Part shown: positions 59,291 through 64,000 of the stretch, piece after piece
Numbering within the stretch: position 1 is the stretch's first letter
How the letters are laid out: every line of letters starts with the position of its first letter
Assembly (NCBI GenBank): GCA_045106895.1
Contig: JBGCFM010000104.1
Location: forward strand, 20,757 to 84,756
Length of the DNA: 64,000 bases
Reading direction: 5' to 3'
Source: Polyangiales bacterium
Lineage (GTDB): Bacteria > Myxococcota_A > Polyangia > Polyangiales > Houyiibacteriaceae
Notes under the pieces: generated by a model
The model's database searches: none
Seen by the model: the letters and a program-made list of their open reading frames with translations, nothing else
What the model was told of the DNA's origin: nothing
Program-made: the position numbers and the translations under genes

Positions 59291-60747
59291 CAGCCCCGGA
59301 ACTTACCTCCTGGGTGAGACGCCGTAGCGACGGTGATGCCTCCGCCGATAAGCGTCGCCCGGTATCGCTTCTTTTTGATGCGGCCTTTGTTGAGGCCCGC
59401 GGCGGCCTTGCGACTCTGCGCGCACGCCACGGCGACGTAGCTTAGGCGCGGGTGAATCTCGATCTTGCCGATGTCGTCGCCGGACAAAGCGCCCGCGGCG
59501 CCGGTCAACGCGCCGAGGATGTCGCCGGGTCGCAGTTTGTCTTTTCGGCCGCCACTGATGAGGATGGTGCTCATCCGAGGCGCCCTGGCAAAGTCGCGCG
59601 CCAGCACCTGCATGCTCGTGGAGGTTCGCGTGCGTGTCACACGCTCGATGCGAGCGGAGACCATCGCCTCCGCCTCTTGAAGCTTGCCCTTATCGCCGTC
59701 GGGAACGATGGAGACGGCGACGCCGCTCTTGCCCTTTCGCCCGGTTCGCCCGATGCGATGCATGTAGGCCTCGCCCTGAAATGGAAGCTCGTAGTTTACG
59801 ACGAGGTCGAGGCCGTCGATGTCGAGGCCGCGTCCCGCGACGTCCGTGGCGACGAGGACACGAAGGCTCTCGTTGCGAAAGCGCGATAAGACCTGGTCAC
59901 GCTGGTACTGGTCCAGGTCGCCGTGAAGGTTGTCGACGGCCACACCATCGCCGTGGAGCGAACGGGTCACTTCGTCGACGCTCGCCTTGAAGTTGCAGAA
60001 CACAATCGCGCGCTCATGTTTGTGATGACTCAGAGCCCAGTAGAGTGCAGAGAGCCGCTCATTCCGGCCGCACTCCACGTAGCTCTGCTTGATGCCCTCT
60101 GGCTCGTGGGCGTCGACGACGATGCGCGTAGCGTCGCGCTGGTAACGCGCGCTCATGGACTCCATCACCTCCGGCATCGTCGCGGAAAAGAACGCGCTCT
60201 GACGCTCCGTGGGAAGCTCCGCAAGGATCTTCAACATGTCCGCCTCGAAGCCCATATCGAGCATCCGGTCGGCTTCATCAAGGACCATGGTCTGCACGCC
60301 GGAGACGTCGAGGGTCTCCCGGCGAAGGTGGTCGAGGGTTCGGCCCGGCGTTCCGACGACGATGTTCACGCCACGCTCGAGAGATGTCTGCTGGATGGCA
60401 AAGGGCTCACCACCCGTCGTCGTCACCACCGAGAGACCGTGGAGGTGACGGCCGAGCTTTCGGACTTCTCGTGCCACCTGAGCGCAAAGCTCCCGAGTCG
60501 GACACAGAATGAGCGCTCGAACGCCCCCCGCGGCGACATCCAGACGCTGGAGAATGGGCAGCGCGAAGGCCGCGGTCTTCCCGCTCCCGGTCTCCGACTG
60601 ACCGAGCACGTCACGCCCTGCGAGGAGCGGCTCAAGCGTCTGTTGCTGAATGGGCGTGGGCGTTTCGTATCCAAGCTCTTCGAGGGCCTCGAGAAGCGGG
60701 GACTCGATGCCGAGGGATTTGAACGATGGAGCGTTTGAGGTGGACAC
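59290..60747 (-). CDS. dbpA: ATP-dependent RNA helicase DbpA
   Basis: TGSGKT, PTREL, DEAD, SAT, HRIGRTGR and C-terminal GGRKDKLRPGDILGAL RNA-binding domain. Confidence 0.92.
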   Translation of the reverse strand: MSTSNAPSFKSLGIESPLLEALEELGYETPTPIQQQTLEPLLAGRDVLGQSETGSGKTAAFALPILQRLDVAAGGVRALILCPTRELCAQVAREVRKLGRHLHGLSVVTTTGGEPFAIQQTSLERGVNIVVGTPGRTLDHLRRETLDVSGVQTMVLDEADRMLDMGFEADMLKILAELPTERQSAFFSATMPEVMESMSARYQRDATRIVVDAHEPEGIKQSYVECGRNERLSALYWALSHHKHERAIVFCNFKASVDEVTRSLHGDGVAVDNLHGDLDQYQRDQVLSRFRNESLRVLVATDVAGRGLDIDGLDLVVNYELPFQGEAYMHRIGRTGRKGKSGVAVSIVPDGDKGKLQEAEAMVSARIERVTRTRTSTSMQVLARDFARAPRMSTILISGGRKDKLRPGDILGALTGAAGALSGDDIGKIEIHPRLSYVAVACAQSRKAAAGLNKGRIKKKRYRATLIGGGITVATASHPGGKFRG

Positions 60748-60856
60748 AGCGGGTCTCTAGCGCGCATCGCGCCAGTGTGCTCGCCCGGGCTTGTTGGAAG
60801 GCGGCCAAGCGCCGCGGACCTTGACGGGGCCAGAGAGCGCCGCCAAAGAAAGGCCC

Positions 60857-61204
60857 ATGGCGGAAATCTGGCACAATCCTCGCTGCAGCAAGTCGCGTGC
60901 GGCCCTCGCGCTCCTCGAAGAACGTGGTTACGACGCCAAAGTCGTTCTCTACCTCACAACGCCACCCTCAGAGCGGCGCCTCCGCGAGGTCATCGAAGCC
61001 CTCGGCGGCGACGCACACGCCCTCGTTCGCTCCAAGGAAGCCGCATACAAGGAGCTCGGTCTCTCAAAGACGAGCACCCAGGAACAACTCATCGCCGCGA
61101 TGGTCGCGCACCCTGCTCTTATCGAGCGACCGCTGGTCATCACGGACCTTGGCACACGCATCGGCCGCCCTACGGAAGCCCTCGACGCCATCGTCAAAGG
61201 CTGA
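60857..61204 (+). CDS. arsC: Arsenate reductase, ArsC/glutaredoxin family
   Basis: HNPRCSKSR, LIERP, IGRP. Confidence 0.85.
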   Translation: MAEIWHNPRCSKSRAALALLEERGYDAKVVLYLTTPPSERRLREVIEALGGDAHALVRSKEAAYKELGLSKTSTQEQLIAAMVAHPALIERPLVITDLGTRIGRPTEALDAIVKG

Positions 61205-61219
61205 GTTTAGGGCAGCGGC

Positions 61220-63601
61220 CTAGAGCACGCCGGGGCACGCCGCGATGATCGCGTCGCTCTCGTTGTTCATCGGGCGACACTCGTTGAGTCCGCTCAGGGG
61301 CTCGTGGTCCGGGTCGTTGAGAATCGCCACAACGCTGTAGGCGGTGCCTTCGACGACCGGCTCGAAACGGAACTCAACGATCTCGCCGGCTCCCGGAAGG
61401 AGCGGTCGCGTCGTCGAGGTCTGGCCGACGTAGCTGCCGTCGACGTAGAAGCTCACGGGCACGCCCGCGGGTGCTCCCGCGCGGCCGTCGTTCACAACGC
61501 GAACGCGGAGGAGAAGGGCCGTCGAACACGCCGCCGTCGAGAACCCAGGGTCACGAAGGACCAGGTCCGGCGCGTCGAAGAGACCTCCGGGCTGCACGTT
61601 CTGCCGGAAGTTGTTGAGCCCCGGCGTCGAGTGGTTGGCTTCCTCCCGAAGCGGAAGCGTTCCGTCTTCGTTGATGTTCGTCACGTGGTAGCTGTGCTGG
61701 TTCCAAATGCGGCGCGTTCGCACCCACTGGTTTTCTGGATGTCCAAAGGCACGCACGCCCGTTGTCGAGGCGGTGCCGTCATCGCAAACGGTACGCGCGT
61801 AGTTGTTCTCGACGAGGACGATCTCCGCGTGATCGTCGTTGTCGACATCCACAACGATGGGGTACTCGGTGAGCGTCCCACTGGTGTTGCAGCGGTCGAG
61901 GTAGACCTCACCGGTCGGTCCGCGGAACGCGCGGAAGACGAATTCGTCGTTGTAAAGCACCTCCGCGACGCCGTCGCCTTCAAAGTCGAAGACACTCGAC
62001 CCCGTCGCGCGGCTCGATTGGTCACGTGTTTCGAGGTACCACTTTCGCGTCCCGTCATTCTCAAAGATGGTGTACGCGTAGCCCCCGGCGAGGGCGAACT
62101 CAGGCTCTGGGTCGTCATCGAAGTTCGCGATGGTCGGCGCTCCGCCGCCGGTGAGAGCGTCTCGATCAGGTCGTGCCGCCATCGCTGCGGCGACGCGCAT
62201 ATTGATGGACGGGTCGTCCGTCGGCGTGATCTCAAGAGGTCCCACGAGAAGCTCGCCGGTCCCGCCATCACGAATCGTGACCTGATGCGACTGAACGCTT
62301 GTTGCCACGATGTCCGGGTCGCCATCGAGGTCCATATCCGCGACGGCGACGTAGCCTGATTCACCAGCGAAGAGGTCTTCTTGCCAGACGACGGTTCCGT
62401 CATGGTCGGCGACGCCGTTGATTCCGATGAGCTCAAGGTCCGGGTCGTCATCCACGTTGTACAGCGCGACGATGGAGACGCTGCCGGTCAGAGGCGCGCT
62501 CACGGAGCCGCTGCCGTCGGCCTGCACGATGACTCGGTTGACCACGATCTCCGCGACGCCGTCTCCGTTCATATCCGCGATGGCGGGACGGCCGCAGCCA
62601 ATGTCCGGGAAGCGCTGGAGGATCTCGCCGGTGTTCGAGAAGATGGTGAGTCGCGCCGCACCAAAGGTCGTCCCTGGCACGAATGCACATCCGACGATTT
62701 CGGGCCCCGGCGATTCAGGGCGAATGTCAGCGATGGCGACTTCGAGCCCGGGTTGCGTTCGATAGCCAGGATCCGCCGCGGGCCAGAGGCGAGTGCCGTC
62801 GTTGCCGTTGATCGCGCGAAGGACACCGTCGGCGCTGTACACGCTCACGCCACCGGTGTCGGGGCTGCGGGTGCGGAACGTATTGAAGATAACGTCGGGG
62901 ATGTCGTTCTCATCGATGGAGCCATCACCGTTGTCGTCGTTCAAGTTCGCGACCATCGCGGCACTCATGATCTGGTCATGCAAAGGCAGCACGTCGGCGT
63001 CGCCGGTCCAGTGCCACTCTTCCGCGAGCTCAAACTCGCCGGTCCTCGGCTCATACTCGCACTCCGCTTGGCCCGTCGCGCGAGGAAGGCAGCGGCCGAT
63101 GCTGGGCTCACAGAACTCGCCTTCGGGGCAGTCAAAGGCGCCGGAGCATTCCATGCCTGGTTCCGTGCACTCACCGAGGAAGCAGACCTGCTCGCCACCA
63201 CAGCACACCGCCGCGGCGCCGTCACCACACGCAGCGCTCTCGCCACAGTCGAGAACGCACTGTTCGGCGACGCAGACCTCGCCCTCGTCCCCGCAGCAGG
63301 TTCCGCCGCAGAGCTCCTCCGGCAAGCAGCACGCCATCTCGTTGCCGCAGCGCTCTTCCGCCTCGCAGCATCCGCCGCCACAAGCGCTCTGCGGCGGCGC
63401 GCACATGGGCGCGACGACGTCTGGCGCGGGGCCGCTGTCAACGCCGGGGCCAGCGTCCACGCGGTCCGCGCACATGCCGTTGACGCATTGGCCGCTCGAG
63501 CAATCCGAGTCGAAGGTGCACCCTTCGCTCGGCTCGGGGGAACAGTCGCAGGCGCCAATCAAAACGAGGAAGAGCCCGCACAGGGCCAATGGGGTTTTCA
63601 C
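61220..63601 (-). CDS. Cys-rich lipoprotein with FG-GAP/VCBS repeats and C-terminal CARDB-like domain
   Basis: LIGAC lipobox; CC repeats; DMNGDG, FDFEGDGVAEV, DVDNDDHAEI, WVRTRRIWNQHSY, ECRPMNN. Confidence 0.85.
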   Translation of the reverse strand: MKTPLALCGLFLVLIGACDCSPEPSEGCTFDSDCSSGQCVNGMCADRVDAGPGVDSGPAPDVVAPMCAPPQSACGGGCCEAEERCGNEMACCLPEELCGGTCCGDEGEVCVAEQCVLDCGESAACGDGAAAVCCGGEQVCFLGECTEPGMECSGAFDCPEGEFCEPSIGRCLPRATGQAECEYEPRTGEFELAEEWHWTGDADVLPLHDQIMSAAMVANLNDDNGDGSIDENDIPDVIFNTFRTRSPDTGGVSVYSADGVLRAINGNDGTRLWPAADPGYRTQPGLEVAIADIRPESPGPEIVGCAFVPGTTFGAARLTIFSNTGEILQRFPDIGCGRPAIADMNGDGVAEIVVNRVIVQADGSGSVSAPLTGSVSIVALYNVDDDPDLELIGINGVADHDGTVVWQEDLFAGESGYVAVADMDLDGDPDIVATSVQSHQVTIRDGGTGELLVGPLEITPTDDPSINMRVAAAMAARPDRDALTGGGAPTIANFDDDPEPEFALAGGYAYTIFENDGTRKWYLETRDQSSRATGSSVFDFEGDGVAEVLYNDEFVFRAFRGPTGEVYLDRCNTSGTLTEYPIVVDVDNDDHAEIVLVENNYARTVCDDGTASTTGVRAFGHPENQWVRTRRIWNQHSYHVTNINEDGTLPLREEANHSTPGLNNFRQNVQPGGLFDAPDLVLRDPGFSTAACSTALLLRVRVVNDGRAGAPAGVPVSFYVDGSYVGQTSTTRPLLPGAGEIVEFRFEPVVEGTAYSVVAILNDPDHEPLSGLNECRPMNNESDAIIAACPGVL

Positions 63602-63658
63602 CCGAACAGGGTGCCACAAACGCCGAAAGAACCGTAGGCCGACGCGCCGGCGCGGAGC

Positions 63659-64000
63659 CTACTCCCGCCCGATGAGCTTCGAGACCTTCGACTTCGCCTT
63701 GTCCACGGCCCCGAGAACCACGGCGCCGTACTTGTCGAGCTTCTGAAGCACGGGGTCACCCGCCGCCAAGTCCGAAAGCTCAGGCTCGATGGCTCCCGGC
63801 GCGTACATCGCCTCCATGACGCGGCGGACCGTGTATTTCACCAGCCCGCGCGCCGGGACCTTCGCCATCATGCCGTACATTGCTGCATCGCCGGTGTCCG
63901 CAAGGGTCGGGTCAGCGCGGACCTCGGCCACGGCTTCGGCGATATCCTTCACGAACTCATCGACGCTCTGCAGATTGCTGGCGCCGCAGGTCGCGTGAAG
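63659..64000 (-). CDS. C-terminal part of a PLP-dependent enzyme, sphingosine-1-phosphate lyase-like (partial)
   Basis: Frame open to the window edge: LHATC...VDEFVKDIAEAV...AAMYGMMAKVP. Confidence 0.55.
   Translation of the reverse strand, partial: LHATCGASNLQSVDEFVKDIAEAVAEVRADPTLADTGDAAMYGMMAKVPARGLVKYTVRRVMEAMYAPGAIEPELSDLAAGDPVLQKLDKYGAVVLGAVDKAKSKVSKLIGRE

Overview
High-GC genomic DNA, most likely from a Myxococcota (Polyangiales/Sandaracinaceae-like) bacterium. This is inferred from MYXO-CTERM, Myxococcus Cys-rich repeat, DUF2378 and AgmX/PglI-type proteins and about 17 predicted lipoproteins. Recognisable genes include metH, hrpB, rsmE, dbpA, arsM and arsC, plus a RIO1 kinase, a Ser/Thr kinase, a LysR-NmrA-DUF1772 module, an S8 peptidase, a pectate lyase, a CotH kinase and a RavA/ViaA-like AAA+/VWA pair. 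There are two tRNAs, Pro-TGG and Arg-TCT. Most interesting non-standard signals: (1) a ~280-nt A/G-rich intergenic element beside a TIGR02147 gene, with repeats, hairpins and its own terminator (candidate sponge-type sRNA); (2) a 2.8-kb integrase-less mini-island bounded by a perfect 47-bp tRNA-Arg repeat, carrying one TIGR02996/LRR-like gene; (3) an out-of-frame intein/Hint C-terminal fragment behind a lipoprotein gene; (4) a shared acidic D-[AGS]-x tether in ten unrelated lipoproteins; (5) short orphan genes near tRNA-Pro, including a 58-aa basic CxxC protein, a GcrA-like HTH and an Imm22-like protein. All family calls are by-eye motif recognition; no database searches were run.
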